A stretch of 64,000 nt of DNA from Nitrospirota bacterium (GCA_963749655.1 CAVVOB010000018.1:32001-96000); one strand, 5' to 3'; counted from the stretch's first letter, positions 1-11,395 are shown. The notes: a model not told the origin generated them from the letters alone. Made by a program: numbers and translations.

Positions 1-121
1 CTATGATCCGCGCAGCCTCCCGTGCGATCATACGGCCCTTGTCTCCGTTGATTCCCGTGTACTGCAGAGTACGCGATACCTGTCCGAAAAAGCAGGGCAG
101 GCACTCAAGCTCTGTTTTCAC
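1..121 (-). CDS. 5' part of ARMT1/DUF89-like damage-control phosphatase (runs off window start)
   Basis: Manual translation from GTG at 121: MKTELECLPCFFGQVSRTL..., the CxPC N-terminus typical of DUF89; overlaps the purE stop (GTGA). Confidence 0.7.
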   Translation of the reverse strand, partial: MKTELECLPCFFGQVSRTLQYTGINGDKGRMIAREAARII

Positions 122-744
122 GCCGGCTGGCCCTGGGCTGGTGAAGCGCCGCCCGTTTTTTTCTTCCACCGTCTGCGCCGCGACTTTTTCTTCGCCGCCG
201 GCGCCGGTGCCTCGGCAGGTTCCTGCTCCCGCTGCACCGGGGGAGCGGTGATCGTCATGAGCCGCTTGGCCTTTTCCTCGACCTCCCGCTCCATTTCGAC
301 CCGGTATATTTTGAGACGGTTCGCGATCTTCACATCGTTCGTCGCAATGATCTGGGCGGCAAAAATTCCCGCGTTCTTGGCGCCGCCTTTGCCGAGAGCC
401 ATGGTTGCCACCGGGACCCCTCCCGGCATCTGGGCCGTAGCCAGAAGCGCGTCGATCCCCTTAAGGGGCGACGAATCGATCGGCACGCCGATGACCGGCA
501 GCGTCGTATTGGACGCGACAACGCCGGCCAGATGGGCGGCCCACCCTGCTCCGGCAATGATCAGCTTGAGCCCCCGCTTTTCCGCGCTCTGGCTGTACTC
601 GACCACTTTCTTCGGCGTCCGGTGGGCCGAAGCAATGGTCATCTCATATTCGATGCCGAATTCCTGAAGCATGGATGCTGCTTCCTGCATGACGGGCAGA
701 TCAGAGTCGCTGCCCATCAGTATGCCGACGACAGGTTTGGTCAT
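118..744 (-). CDS. purE: N5-CAIR mutase with a basic C-terminal extension
   Basis: VGILMGSDSD, SAHRTP, GAGxAAHLAG and MPGGVPVAT motifs. Confidence 0.97.
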   Translation of the reverse strand: MTKPVVGILMGSDSDLPVMQEAASMLQEFGIEYEMTIASAHRTPKKVVEYSQSAEKRGLKLIIAGAGWAAHLAGVVASNTTLPVIGVPIDSSPLKGIDALLATAQMPGGVPVATMALGKGGAKNAGIFAAQIIATNDVKIANRLKIYRVEMEREVEEKAKRLMTITAPPVQREQEPAEAPAPAAKKKSRRRRWKKKTGGASPAQGQPA

Positions 745-782
745 GGGAACTCCCTTCTTCAAGATGATGTCTGCAGGTTCCG

Positions 783-1539
783 TTATAATTTTTTAGGGTC
801 GTCCACAAATACGGTCTCTACGCCGAACACGTCGGCGACAACCGGCATGAGAGACCTGACGCCGGTCGTTTCCGTCGCATAATGTCCGGCAACGATAAGG
901 TTCATGCCGTATTCCCTCGCGGCATTATAGACTGCGAGGTCGATCTCTCCGACCAGGAAACAGTCGAGGTGCTCCTGTACAGCCTGTTCGAGCAGGCTCC
1001 CACCGCCTCCGGAGACGATGCCCATGGTGCGTACACGTTTTTTCCCGAAGGAAATGGTCCGGCATGTGGTGTGCAAACGCCTGTTCAGTATCTTGACAAG
1101 CGCCTCGGGAGCGGCCGGAGCAGAAAGCGTACCTGCGTACCCGATCGTGATGCCGTGGTACCTTCCGAATCTGCGCGGGTCCCGCAGGTTGAGCATGCGG
1201 GACAACTGGATATTGTTTCCATACTCCTCGTGCCGGTCGAGGGGCAGATGAGCGGCATAGAGAGCTAGTTTATGCTTTTTCAGATACGCTGCTCGACCGT
1301 TTTCCAAGTCGCGGTCCTTTTGAGGCCGCCACTTGATGCCGTGGTGGACGACCAGAAGATCGACGTCGAGTTCAACCGCCTTCTCAAAGGTGGACAGGCA
1401 TCCGTCGACGGCAAAGCCGACTTTAGTCACGGCGCCTGCGCGGGAACCTGCCTGTAACCCGTTCAAGGAAGCATCTTTAATCTGTGCCACCCGAAGCGTA
1501 TTATTCAGGAATCCGGCAATGTTCCCCACCGTCGGCCAC
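783..1539 (-). CDS. Nif3/YbgI-like dinuclear metal centre protein
   Basis: D.S.NGLQ, VVHHG, AAHLPLD, GHYATE motifs; start uncertain (in-frame GTG at 1529, or RBS-preceded GTG at 1539 with a 1-nt indel). Confidence 0.9.
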
Positions 1540-1576
1540 GGACGGACCCCTTTCCCTGTTTTACGCTGCTGCTTTC

Positions 1577-2854
1577 TCAATGTCCGGTCTCTAGCGCACG
1601 GGCGCCGATGTCCCTGCGGTAGTGCGCCCCTTCGAAGGAAATAGCCTGAACCGCTTTGTAGGCATTGTCGATGGCTGCGGCAATGACCGGTCCGGTGCCC
1701 GTCACCCCCAGGACCCTCCCGCCGTCGGTGGCGATCGTATTGCCCTTGAACGCGCTCCCGGCGTGGAATACCGACACGTTGCTCAGTTTCGCCGCATTCT
1801 CCAATCCGTGGATCTCCTTGCCTTTTTCGTAGGCGCCGGGATATCCGCCCGACGCCATGACCACGCAGACCGCAGAATCCGGCTTCCACTTGATCTCTAC
1901 CTTAGCCAGCGTGCCCGCGAGGATGGCCTCGATGATGTCGATAAGGTCCGTATCAAGCCGCATCATGATCGGCTGGGTCTCCGGGTCGCCGAACCGTGCG
2001 TTGAACTCAAGCACCCTGGCCTCTCCGTTCTGGATCATGAGCCCGGCGTACAGCACGCCCTTGAACAGACGGCCCTCTTTTTCCATGGCCCGCACGGTCG
2101 GCACCATGATCGTCTCCATGACCTTCTTCTCAAGCTGCCGCGTCACGATCGGCGCCGGGGAATAAGCCCCCATGCCTCCCGTATTCGGCCCCTTGTCGGC
2201 ATCGAAGATGCGTTTGTGGTCCTGCGACGATGCCATGGGCACGACGGTCTTGCCGTCGGAAAAAGCCATGAACGACGCTTCCTCGCCCCTGAGGCATTCC
2301 TCGATCACTACGCGGTCGCCTGCAGTGCCGAAGGCCTTTTCGGTCATGATCTGGTCCAGCGCCTTGAGCGCCTCTTCCACGGTCTCAGCGACGACAACGC
2401 CTTTGCCTGCTGCAAGGCCGTCCGCCTTGACCACGATGGGGGCTCCCTTCCGGCTCACATAGTCCGCTGCCGCAGCCTTGTCGGTAAAGACCCCGTACTC
2501 CGCCGTGGGGATGTTGTATTTCTTCATCAGGTCCTTGGAGAACCGTTTACTTGCCTCGATCTCCGCCGCCCGCCCGCTCGGTCCGAAGGCGCGGAGCCCC
2601 TGCTTCGTAAACTCGTCCACAATGCCCATGGACAACGGTCCTTCGGGCCCGATCACGGCGAGGTCGATCGCCTTGGCTTTTGAGAAGGCCAGGAGCCCGG
2701 TAATGTCATCGGCCTTGATCTGCACGCACTCGGCGAGCTGCGCGATGCCTGCGTTGCCCGGAGCCGCGTAGATCTTCGTGACTTTCGGACTCTGCGCTAT
2801 CTTCCATACCAGCGCGTGCTCCCTGCCGCCGCCCCCTACTACCAGTACCTTCAT
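1577..2854 (-). CDS. purD: phosphoribosylamine-glycine ligase
   Basis: MKVLVVGGGGREHAL, KADGLAAGKGV, GPNTGGMGAYSP, EFNARFGDPETQ. Confidence 0.98.
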   Translation of the reverse strand: MKVLVVGGGGREHALVWKIAQSPKVTKIYAAPGNAGIAQLAECVQIKADDITGLLAFSKAKAIDLAVIGPEGPLSMGIVDEFTKQGLRAFGPSGRAAEIEASKRFSKDLMKKYNIPTAEYGVFTDKAAAADYVSRKGAPIVVKADGLAAGKGVVVAETVEEALKALDQIMTEKAFGTAGDRVVIEECLRGEEASFMAFSDGKTVVPMASSQDHKRIFDADKGPNTGGMGAYSPAPIVTRQLEKKVMETIMVPTVRAMEKEGRLFKGVLYAGLMIQNGEARVLEFNARFGDPETQPIMMRLDTDLIDIIEAILAGTLAKVEIKWKPDSAVCVVMASGGYPGAYEKGKEIHGLENAAKLSNVSVFHAGSAFKGNTIATDGGRVLGVTGTGPVIAAAIDNAYKAVQAISFEGAHYRRDIGARALETGH

Positions 2855-2904
2855 TCCTGTTCTCCTTGCATTCTCAGATCCCCGAAGGCTGATGTCTCCG
2901 TCAG

Positions 2905-3753
2905 TCAGGGTTTCACATTCCGCATTTCACATTCCGCATTCCGCATTCGCCTCATTGCCTCATTCATACTCCCGCTCCGGTAGCCGTCAAGGTCGAGGCA
3001 TACGTAGGTGTACCCCAGTTCCTTCAGCGAAGCCGAGATCCGGTCCGCCATGTCCCCTTCCATCAGTTTCGCAAAATCCGCGCGGTCTATCTCGATCCTC
3101 GCAATTTCTCCGTGGTGCCTCACACGCACCTGCCTGAATCCGAATGCATGGAGATGATCTTCCGCAGCCTGGACGAGACTGAGTATTTCGGGAGTAATCC
3201 TGGTCCCATAGGGAATGCGTGAGGAGAGGCAGGCAAGGGAGGGTTTGTCCCACACGGGAAGGCCCAGCATACGGGCAAGCCGGCGGACGTCCTTTTTGGA
3301 GAGTCCTGCTTCCACCAGCGGGCTCCGGACGGAATATTCCTGCGCTGCTTTTCTGCCCGGGCGGTAATCCTTGAGGTCGTCGGTGTTCGATCCCTCGATG
3401 ACTGCGGCAATTCCCTCGGATGCGGCGATCGCGGAGAGCTTTTCGAAAAGTTCCTTCTTGCAGTGGTAGCAGCGGTCCGGCGTGTTGCTGACGAAGGCTT
3501 CGGACGCAAGCTCCTCCGTATGCAGGACCTTGTGCGTCACGCCGAGGGAGCGGGCGAAGTCCTTCGCGGCACGCAGTTCACCGGCGGGATAGGTCTCGGA
3601 AACTGCGGTAACGGCAATGCAATGCGGCCCCATGACTTCGGCAGCGGCCTTCAGGAGAAGCGAGCTGTCCACTCCGCCTGAGTAGGCAAGAACTGCAAGC
3701 TGCATATCATGGAGCAACGCCTTAAGTTGATCCCATTTTTGATCAATCACCAT
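2905..3753 (-). CDS. larE: LarE-like PP-loop sulfur transferase
   Basis: AYSGGVDS PP-loop, RCYHCK, DYRPG, ACLSSRIPYG, GYRSGSMN. Confidence 0.88.
   Translation of the reverse strand: MVIDQKWDQLKALLHDMQLAVLAYSGGVDSSLLLKAAAEVMGPHCIAVTAVSETYPAGELRAAKDFARSLGVTHKVLHTEELASEAFVSNTPDRCYHCKKELFEKLSAIAASEGIAAVIEGSNTDDLKDYRPGRKAAQEYSVRSPLVEAGLSKKDVRRLARMLGLPVWDKPSLACLSSRIPYGTRITPEILSLVQAAEDHLHAFGFRQVRVRHHGEIARIEIDRADFAKLMEGDMADRISASLKELGYTYVCLDLDGYRSGSMNEAMRRMRNAECEMRNVKP
2911..2948. repeat. heptamer tandem array (ATTCCGC) at the larE 3' end
   Basis: TTTCAC ATTCCGC ATTTCAC ATTCCGC ATTCCGC ATTC read directly. Confidence 0.9.
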
Positions 3754-3842
3754 CTGGGCGATAATAACACAGCTTGAACAGAAGTGTCAACAATTCTCGC
3801 ACGTTACCGGATAAAGTGCACGCCGGAACGTGAAGAGGCGGG

Positions 3843-4646
3843 CTATTTTGTTCCTGCTCCGGCCGTGAACCCGAGCTTCATGGAAAGCGCCTGCCCCGCC
3901 TCCTGCAGAGTGCTGATGAGACCGCCCTTTTCAAGCCGCTCATTGGTCAGTCTGCCGGCCGGGGCGATGATGCCGATCGCGGCGATCACGTTCCCGGAAA
4001 AATCTTTCACCGCTACAGCGAGGCCGCCCACGTCTTCCTCGGCCTCCTCCTGTTCAAGGGCATATCCTTTCTGCACGATCGCGGCCATCTGATCAAGCAG
4101 CGCTTTGCGGGTCTTGACGCACCGGTCCGTGACTGCGACCAGATCGGGTTCGGGATAGAGCCGCTCTATTTCGACGGGTGAAAGGCGCGCGAGCTGGATC
4201 TTTCCGACTGCCGTGCAGTAGGCGGGATACATCGCGCCGACTCTCGACACCGCCCGCACGATCCGGTCCGGTTCGACGCTGTCCATGTAGATCACCTTGT
4301 TCCCGCGAAGCACCCCCACGACTGCCGTCTCGCCGGCAGCGGCGGAAAGCTTCTCGAGGATCGGCCGCGCCTGACGGCGGCACTCGCGCTGCTCGATGAA
4401 GATCGCCCCGATCTGAAGCGTCTTCGCGCCGAGCCGGTAATTTTCCGTGGCCCTGTTCTGCTCGATATACCCGCGATGTTCCAGCGTCGCAAGCAGTCGA
4501 AACACGTTGTTCTTGTGAAGACCCAGCCGTTTCGAAAGCTCCGTTACGCCGAGCTCGTCCTCTGTTTTCGTGAACGACTCGAGGATGTCGAGGGCATGGG
4601 ATACGGACTGGATCGTATAGTTGGACTTTTCTCTTTTCGTGATCAT
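3843..4646 (-). CDS. IclR-family transcriptional regulator
   Basis: IQSVSHALDILE..GVTELSKRLGLHKNNVFRLL HTH; C-terminal CTAVGK effector domain. Confidence 0.95.
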   Translation of the reverse strand: MITKREKSNYTIQSVSHALDILESFTKTEDELGVTELSKRLGLHKNNVFRLLATLEHRGYIEQNRATENYRLGAKTLQIGAIFIEQRECRRQARPILEKLSAAAGETAVVGVLRGNKVIYMDSVEPDRIVRAVSRVGAMYPAYCTAVGKIQLARLSPVEIERLYPEPDLVAVTDRCVKTRKALLDQMAAIVQKGYALEQEEAEEDVGGLAVAVKDFSGNVIAAIGIIAPAGRLTNERLEKGGLISTLQEAGQALSMKLGFTAGAGTK

Positions 4647-4800
4647 TCTTTCCTAATTCATTCCTTTCCTGTTGTTTTACTTCCGGCCGATTCCTCAAAG
4701 CTCAGTTCGCCCTACGAAGATGCAAGGAGACCCACAATAATAATCAACAAAAACAAAGGTATCTTCCGGGGCCGCTGATACCGGGTCATGTATCAAAATT

Positions 4801-4845
4801 ATAAAACAGGTGTTTAATATTAAAAGGGCAGAACGTCTTTGTCAA
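4801..4845 (-). promoter_or_regulatory. sigma70-like promoter for iclR with an overlapping palindrome
   Basis: TTGACA-17-TAATAT on the minus strand; near-perfect inverted repeat ATAAAACA-GG-TGTTTAAT at 4801-4818. Confidence 0.6.
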
Positions 4846-4954
4846 GCAGAAAGGGCAAAAGTGGCAGGAATTTCAGTCCGTCGTTCGTCCGAATTGAACT
4901 AATACTCTTGGGACGGCAGGGAAGCAAGCTGCGGGGCAGCGTTTACTCCGGAAT

Positions 4955-5539
4955 TCACGCAGAAGAACGAGCAGCGCCGCTGAAAAAAAGCGCACTAATG
5001 AGGCCCCACAATCCGAAGATGATGAAGATCACAGCGGCGACCCACTTGATCTGCTTCTCCGGTATTTTTTTGTGAAGGACGATTCCGGCAATGATGCCGA
5101 TCGCGTCGGCTATGAGCATGCCGGTCGTAGTGCCGATCCAGACGGGAATGATCGTATTGAAGTCTGCAGCCAGGGCGACCGTGGCGAGCTGGGTCTTGTC
5201 GCCCATCTCGGCGATGAAGAAGGCGACCGTGACGGTCCAGAAGGGGCTGAAATTGAACCTTCTGTCCTCGCCTTCCAGTTTGTCGCCGCGGATGGTCCAG
5301 AGACCGAAGATGATGAAGGAGGCCGAAGCCGCGATCTTGATGTAATTCAGCGGAACGAGGTTCGTGAGGTAGTTGCCGACCGCCACGGCAAAGAGATGGT
5401 TCGCTGCCGTGGCCGCAAACACACCCCACATCACGGTCTGCCACCTGAAGCGGGTCGCAAATGCCATGGCGAGAAGCTGGGTCTTGTCGCCCATCTCGGC
5501 CAGGACCACGATCGCGAGCGACGTGAGGAACGCCGTCAC
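4955..5539 (-). CDS. TMEM165/GDT1 (UPF0016) Mn/Ca transporter
   Basis: Two EMGDKTQL signature motifs in a hydrophobic protein. Confidence 0.95.
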   Translation of the reverse strand: MTAFLTSLAIVVLAEMGDKTQLLAMAFATRFRWQTVMWGVFAATAANHLFAVAVGNYLTNLVPLNYIKIAASASFIIFGLWTIRGDKLEGEDRRFNFSPFWTVTVAFFIAEMGDKTQLATVALAADFNTIIPVWIGTTTGMLIADAIGIIAGIVLHKKIPEKQIKWVAAVIFIIFGLWGLISALFFSGAARSSA

Positions 5540-6243
5540 TTGAGAACTTCCTTCTGCTTCCTGATCAGCGTCTTGACGCCCTTCTCTGCCAGGGCAAGAA
5601 GTCTGCTTAAATCCGCTTTGGAGAACGGTTTTCCTTCCGCAGTCCCCTGCACCTCGACGATCGCTCCTGTGCCCGTCATCACGAGGTTCATGTCCACCTC
5701 TGCCGACGAATCCTCGACGTAGCAGAGGTCGAGCAGCGCTTTTCCCTCCACGATCCCGACGCTGACGGCCGCCAGATGATCCGTGACCGGTATGCAGTCG
5801 ATGAGTCCCTGTTTCTTCATGTGTCTGAGCGCATCGACGAGGGCGACAAAAGCGCCTGTGATGGAGGCTGTACGCGTGCCGCCATCGGCCTGGACCACGT
5901 CGCAGTCGATCAGCACCGATCTCTCACCGAGGGTCTTCATGTCAACAACGGAGCGGAGGGACCGTCCGATGAGCCGCTGAATCTCGTGAGTGCGGCCGCC
6001 TACCTTGTTCCGCTCGCGCTGAATCCGCTGCGCCGACGACCGAGGCAGCATGGCGTACTCGGCAGTGACCCAGCCGGTGCCCTTTCCCCGCAGAAAGGGC
6101 GGAACCGAATTCTCGACCGTGGCCGTGCAGATGACCTTGGTGTCGCCCATCTCGATCAGCGCCGACCCCTCGGCGGACTTTATGTAGTTCCTCGTGATCT
6201 TCACCCTGCGGAGCTCGTCCGCTTTCCTGTCGTCTGTACGCAT
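5536..6243 (-). CDS. rph: ribonuclease PH
   Basis: [40 protein letters not shown]. Confidence 0.98.
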   Translation of the reverse strand: MRTDDRKADELRRVKITRNYIKSAEGSALIEMGDTKVICTATVENSVPPFLRGKGTGWVTAEYAMLPRSSAQRIQRERNKVGGRTHEIQRLIGRSLRSVVDMKTLGERSVLIDCDVVQADGGTRTASITGAFVALVDALRHMKKQGLIDCIPVTDHLAAVSVGIVEGKALLDLCYVEDSSAEVDMNLVMTGTGAIVEVQGTAEGKPFSKADLSRLLALAEKGVKTLIRKQKEVLK

Positions 6244-6333
6244 GAACCCTCCTGGTGGTTTTAATTGCCGATCAACACGGTTAAACCTGAACCGGGCAGG
6301 TTGCTGAAAAACTCCTGGTAATCTGCGCCTGCA

Positions 6334-7101
6334 TCAAAATTGGAAGTATTTTGTTTTTCCTTTGCCCACGGGCTTCGCGGTTTTCAACATGCTGTCCACA
6401 AGTTCTTTGGCTTTTTCCACGGACTTTTCCACAGGCAATCCCCGTGCTATGAACACGGCGATTGCTGAGGAAAGCACGCACCCGGTGCCGTGAAAATCCC
6501 CTGATCTTCGCGCTGTGGAAAACTGAAACACGGTCTTGCCGCCGTAGAACGTGTCGGTTGCGGCACCGGACCGATGGCCGCCTTTGATCAGAACATAGGC
6601 AGGCCCTGTGTCCAGGATCTTTCCCGCGGCATAGTCCATGTCCCGGTCCGATGCTATGAGCAGGCCGGACAATAGCTCCGCTTCAGGGATATTGGGAGTG
6701 ACCAGCAGGGCGAGCGGAAAGAGCTTTTTCCGGAGTGTTACGATGCCGTCCTCCTCCAGGAGGCAGGCGCCGGAACTGGAGCGTATCACCGGGTCGACAA
6801 CAAGGTTCCTGATCCGTGATGCTTTGATCGCCCCGGCTACGACGGACACATTTTCCTTCGTGAGGAGCATACCCGTCTTGATCGCGTCCGGCCTGATATC
6901 GGACAGCAGGCTGCGGAGCTGCTGTTCGAGGATGCGGCCCTTGACCGACTCCGCGGTGGAGACTCCCCGGCTGTTCTGGGCTGTAAGGGCGGCGGGAATT
7001 GCCATGCCGAAAACGCCAAGCTTCTGAAAGGTCTTGAGGTCAACCTGGATGCCCGCGCCGCCTGAGGGGTCGGAGCCTGCTATGGAAAGAACTTTTATCA
7101 T
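6334..7101 (-). CDS. thiD: HMP/HMP-P kinase
   Basis: IAGSDPSGGAGIQ.DLK, KTGML, TPNIPEAE, HGTGC. Confidence 0.95.
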   Translation of the reverse strand: MIKVLSIAGSDPSGGAGIQVDLKTFQKLGVFGMAIPAALTAQNSRGVSTAESVKGRILEQQLRSLLSDIRPDAIKTGMLLTKENVSVVAGAIKASRIRNLVVDPVIRSSSGACLLEEDGIVTLRKKLFPLALLVTPNIPEAELLSGLLIASDRDMDYAAGKILDTGPAYVLIKGGHRSGAATDTFYGGKTVFQFSTARRSGDFHGTGCVLSSAIAVFIARGLPVEKSVEKAKELVDSMLKTAKPVGKGKTKYFQF

Positions 7102-7110
7102 TGAACCACC

Positions 7111-7205
7111 GTGAGGAGTGAGGGGTTAGGTGTAAGGAGAAAACGACAGCACTCCGGCTCGGCACCCTTTCTTTTTCTACTCGCTCCTCACTCCTTCCTC
7201 CTCAC
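7111..7205. repeat. palindromic heptamer array (GTGAGGA / CTCCTCA arms)
   Basis: GTGAGGA GTGAGGG GTTAGGT GTAAGGA, spacer, then CTACTCG CTCCTCA CTCCTTC CTCCTCAC. Confidence 0.85.
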
Positions 7206-7212
7206 AGGTGCA

Positions 7213-8061
7213 TCATTCCAGCTTCAAATGGATCAGTTCCAGAGGGTCCACCCGGGCGCCCTGAACGCGCGCGCCCCAGTGCAGGCACGAGCCGGTAACG
7301 CGGCCGGTTGCCCCGACCAGCCCGATAATGTCGCCTTTCATGACTGCCTGGCCGTTCCTGACATTAATTTTGGAAAGATGAAAGAACATCGTGTAGATGC
7401 CCTGGCCGTGATCGAGCACGACGCTGTTGCCGGAATAGAACTGTTCCTCCGCCAGCACCACCACGCCGCTGTTCGGGGCACGAACCGGCTCTCCTTCCTC
7501 GGCCGAGAGGTCCACGCCGGTATGAGAATTTTTCGGAATGTTATTGATGATCCTCCTCATTCCGAACAGCGTCGTAATTTCTTTTCCCGGCAAAGGATCG
7601 CTGAAGCCGCCGTCCCACAGGCGCATGGAGTCAACGGGCCATATCCTCGACAATTTTTTCTGCTCCTGCTCTACCCTCGCCTCATTCTCCGGAGAAAGGA
7701 CCACTTTGTCCTCGGGCAGCGTGAGCCGCTGGAGCGGGTAAAATTTCTTTGACACCCTGATTATGCGATGAATTGTCCTGCCTTTGCTTGTCAGGACAAG
7801 AGGATATTTCCCCGGTTCCTTCACGAGGTCGATGCCGATAATGGCCTTATAAGCTCCTTGGATAAAATTGAAGTGTATTGCCCTGTTGTCAAAGCTTCCC
7901 TCCACGGGGCCGTCAGCATTTTTCACCATGACCTGCAGGATGTCTCCGGGGCCCACCTTGTTCGGGGAGAGAAGCACCTTCAACGAAGCAGCATTTGCGA
8001 TCGTTCCTGTTCCCAGCGACGCTGCCAGTGCAATGAGGAAGATAACAAAAAATCTTTTCAT
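7213..8061 (-). CDS. M23-family metallopeptidase with signal peptide
   Basis: HTGVD, LDHGQG, FFHLS, HLHW-like CLHW; hydrophobic N-terminus. Confidence 0.9.
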   Translation of the reverse strand: MKRFFVIFLIALAASLGTGTIANAASLKVLLSPNKVGPGDILQVMVKNADGPVEGSFDNRAIHFNFIQGAYKAIIGIDLVKEPGKYPLVLTSKGRTIHRIIRVSKKFYPLQRLTLPEDKVVLSPENEARVEQEQKKLSRIWPVDSMRLWDGGFSDPLPGKEITTLFGMRRIINNIPKNSHTGVDLSAEEGEPVRAPNSGVVVLAEEQFYSGNSVVLDHGQGIYTMFFHLSKINVRNGQAVMKGDIIGLVGATGRVTGSCLHWGARVQGARVDPLELIHLKLE

Positions 8062-8079
8062 ATCAATTTAACCTTCCGG

Positions 8080-9390
<1,311 letters not shown>

Positions 9391-9394
9391 CTCA

Positions 9395-10027
9395 TTATTT
9401 TCCGGACACGCTGTTCACCAGGTCCGAAACTTCCTGTGCTTTACGCTCGATATCTTGAGCGCTGAATATTTCAGATATCAGAGCTATACCTGCAACTCCC
9501 GTCCCGATCACTTGACCAGCATTCCCACTTTTTATGCCACCAAGCCCAAATATTGGAATTGACACTCCACTCACTGCCGCTCTAAGTGATTCAACACCCA
9601 CCGGTGCGCCGAAATTAACTTTAGATGAAGTCTCGTAAACCGGTCCGTAGGTAATAAAATCAGCGCCGCCCTGTTCAGCTGCCCTCGCCTCTTCGAGATT
9701 GTGAGTCGATGCGCCGATCATGAGCCGGCTGCCGGCCACCTTCCTGGCCGCGTCCACGGGCATGCTGTCATGACCCAGGTGAACACCGTCGGCATCAACA
9801 ATCATCGCCACATCGAGGCGGTCATTGATGAACAATCGCGCCCCGAATTCCCTTGTCAGCGCCCGCATCTCCCGCGCCAGGGCCAGAAGTTCCCTCACCG
9901 GCAGGTCCTTCTCCCGCAGCTGGATCGCACGGACCCCGCCTTTCAGCGCAAGGCGAGCAGCGTCGGAAAGCGGCTGTTTGATCTGCTTCCGGTCGGTGAT
10001 GAGGTAGAGGTTGAAGTCGATAGCCAT
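9395..10027 (-). CDS. thiE: thiamine-phosphate synthase
   Basis: LYLITD, QLREK, INDRLD, DGVHLG, STH, LGGI. Confidence 0.95.
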   Translation of the reverse strand: MAIDFNLYLITDRKQIKQPLSDAARLALKGGVRAIQLREKDLPVRELLALAREMRALTREFGARLFINDRLDVAMIVDADGVHLGHDSMPVDAARKVAGSRLMIGASTHNLEEARAAEQGGADFITYGPVYETSSKVNFGAPVGVESLRAAVSGVSIPIFGLGGIKSGNAGQVIGTGVAGIALISEIFSAQDIERKAQEVSDLVNSVSGK

Positions 10028-10029
10028 CA

Positions 10030-10101
10030 GTGAGGAGTGAAACGTAAGGAGTAAGGAGAAAAACTTACTTCTCCCCTCACGCCTCACTCCTGACTCCTTA
10101 C
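10030..10101. repeat. palindromic heptamer array between thiG and thiE
   Basis: GTGAGGA GTGAAAC GTAAGGA GTAAGGA, spacer, then CCCCTCA CGCCTCA CTCCTGA CTCCTTAC. Confidence 0.85.
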
Positions 10102-10111
10102 GGGTTAGTGC

Positions 10112-10891
10112 TCAGCTTCCGATAACCCCCTCGATCGGACTGCTGGCCGTTGCGTAGAGCTTTTTCGGAATCCGCCCTGCCCGGTATGCCAGCCTGCCTG
10201 CGAGCACGCCGAATTTCATCGCTTCGGCCATGGCGATCGGGTCCCGCGCGCCGGCAATGGCCGTGTTGAGAAGCACGGCATCGCACCCAAGCTCCATGGC
10301 AAGCGCTACATCCGATGCCGTGCCGACGCCGGCATCCACGACCACGGGGACCTTCACGGTTTCCATGATGATCAGGATGTTGTAGGGGTTCCTGATGCCG
10401 AGGCCTGATCCGATAGGCGCGGCAAGCGGCATTACGGCCGGGCAGCCGATGTCCACGAGCTTCTTTGCCATAATGGGGTCGTCGCTCGTGTACGGCAGCA
10501 CGATCAACCCCTCCTTGACGAGCACCTTTGCCGCCTCAAGGGTCGCCTCGTTGTCCGGGAACAATGTTTTCTGATCGCCGATGACTTCGAGCTTCACGAG
10601 CTTCGTAATGCCCGCTTCCGCAGCGAGCATGGCGGTTCGGATCGCGTCCTTCGCAGTGAAGCAGCCTGCCGTGTTCGGAAGGATCTTGTACTTTTTCGGA
10701 TCGATATAATCGAGCAGGTTTTCCTTGCTCTTGTCGATGATGTTCACCCGCCGCACCGACACGGTCACGACATCGGTGCCCGAGACCTCGATGGCCCTCT
10801 TCGTTTCGGCGAAATCCTTGTATTTGCCCGTACCGACCCAGAGGCGGGACTGAAATTCGATGCCGGCTATCGTAAGTTTGTTATCTGTCAT
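10112..10891 (-). CDS. thiG: thiazole synthase
   Basis: [47 protein letters not shown]. Confidence 0.98.
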   Translation of the reverse strand: MTDNKLTIAGIEFQSRLWVGTGKYKDFAETKRAIEVSGTDVVTVSVRRVNIIDKSKENLLDYIDPKKYKILPNTAGCFTAKDAIRTAMLAAEAGITKLVKLEVIGDQKTLFPDNEATLEAAKVLVKEGLIVLPYTSDDPIMAKKLVDIGCPAVMPLAAPIGSGLGIRNPYNILIIMETVKVPVVVDAGVGTASDVALAMELGCDAVLLNTAIAGARDPIAMAEAMKFGVLAGRLAYRAGRIPKKLYATASSPIEGVIGS

Positions 10892-10915
10892 CGGCTTTGC
10901 TCCTTTGGTTAAAAG

Positions 10916-11031
10916 CAGCTGTCAGCGGTCAGCTGTCAGCAACATTCCGCAATCCAATTGCATTCCTGGCCCCTTGTTACTGGCTACTGGCCCCTCACTT
11001 TAATGATTCCGCATTCCGAATTCCGCATTCC
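10916..11031. repeat. three stacked heptamer arrays with different units, between and within thiS and thiG
   Basis: GCTGTCA GCGGTCA GCTGTCA; CTGGCCC CTTGTTA CTGGCTA CTGGCCC; ATTCCGC ATTCCGA ATTCCGC. Confidence 0.8.
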
Positions 11032-11232
11032 AAGGCCGCCCCCCATGAAAGCCACGACTTCGAGGGAATCATTTTCCTTAAGAGCTGTCTGCGGATAGTG
11101 GTCTTTTTTCACAATCGACTCGTTCAGCTCAACCGCAACGCGCTGGTGCTGAATCTGCAAGAGTTCCAGCAGACCGAGGATTGTAATATCGTCGGGGACT
11201 TTTTTTTTCTCGCCGTTCAACGTAATGTTCAT
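10984..11232 (-). CDS. thiS: sulfur carrier protein ThiS, with a 16-residue extension after GGG
   Basis: MNITLNGE, VAVELN, DSLEVVAFMGGG; first gene after the TPP riboswitch. Confidence 0.93.
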   Translation of the reverse strand: MNITLNGEKKKVPDDITILGLLELLQIQHQRVAVELNESIVKKDHYPQTALKENDSLEVVAFMGGGLGMRNSECGIIKVRGQ

Positions 11233-11250
11233 ACTCTTCCGTCATAAACG

Positions 11251-11278
11251 CAAAAAGCCGTATCCGGAGATACGGCTC
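11251..11278 (-). terminator. intrinsic terminator (expression platform of the TPP riboswitch)
   Basis: Minus strand AGCCGTATC-TCCG-GATACGGCT-TTTT. Confidence 0.85.
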
Positions 11279-11304
11279 GAAAGGTTGCCAACCACATGTT
11301 CCTG

Positions 11305-11395
11305 CTCGCCTTCCCTACGCCGGCACTACCCGGATCAGGTTCCAAGGGTCGTCCTATAAGGACTCTCAGCCTTGCGGCTCCCCCGGCACTGTTGT
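11305..11395 (-). ncRNA. TPP (thi-box) riboswitch
   Basis: Minus strand GGGGGAGC..CTGAGA..ACCC..GAACCTGATCCGGGTAGTGCCGGCGTAGGGAA, upstream of the thi operon. Confidence 0.96.

Noticed and set aside
1540-1889. N-terminal extension of the Nif3 ORF (also the extended starts of the thiE, lpdA, DUF190 and propeller ORFs)
   Set aside because: The extensions overlap upstream genes or repeat arrays; downstream starts match the family N-termini better.
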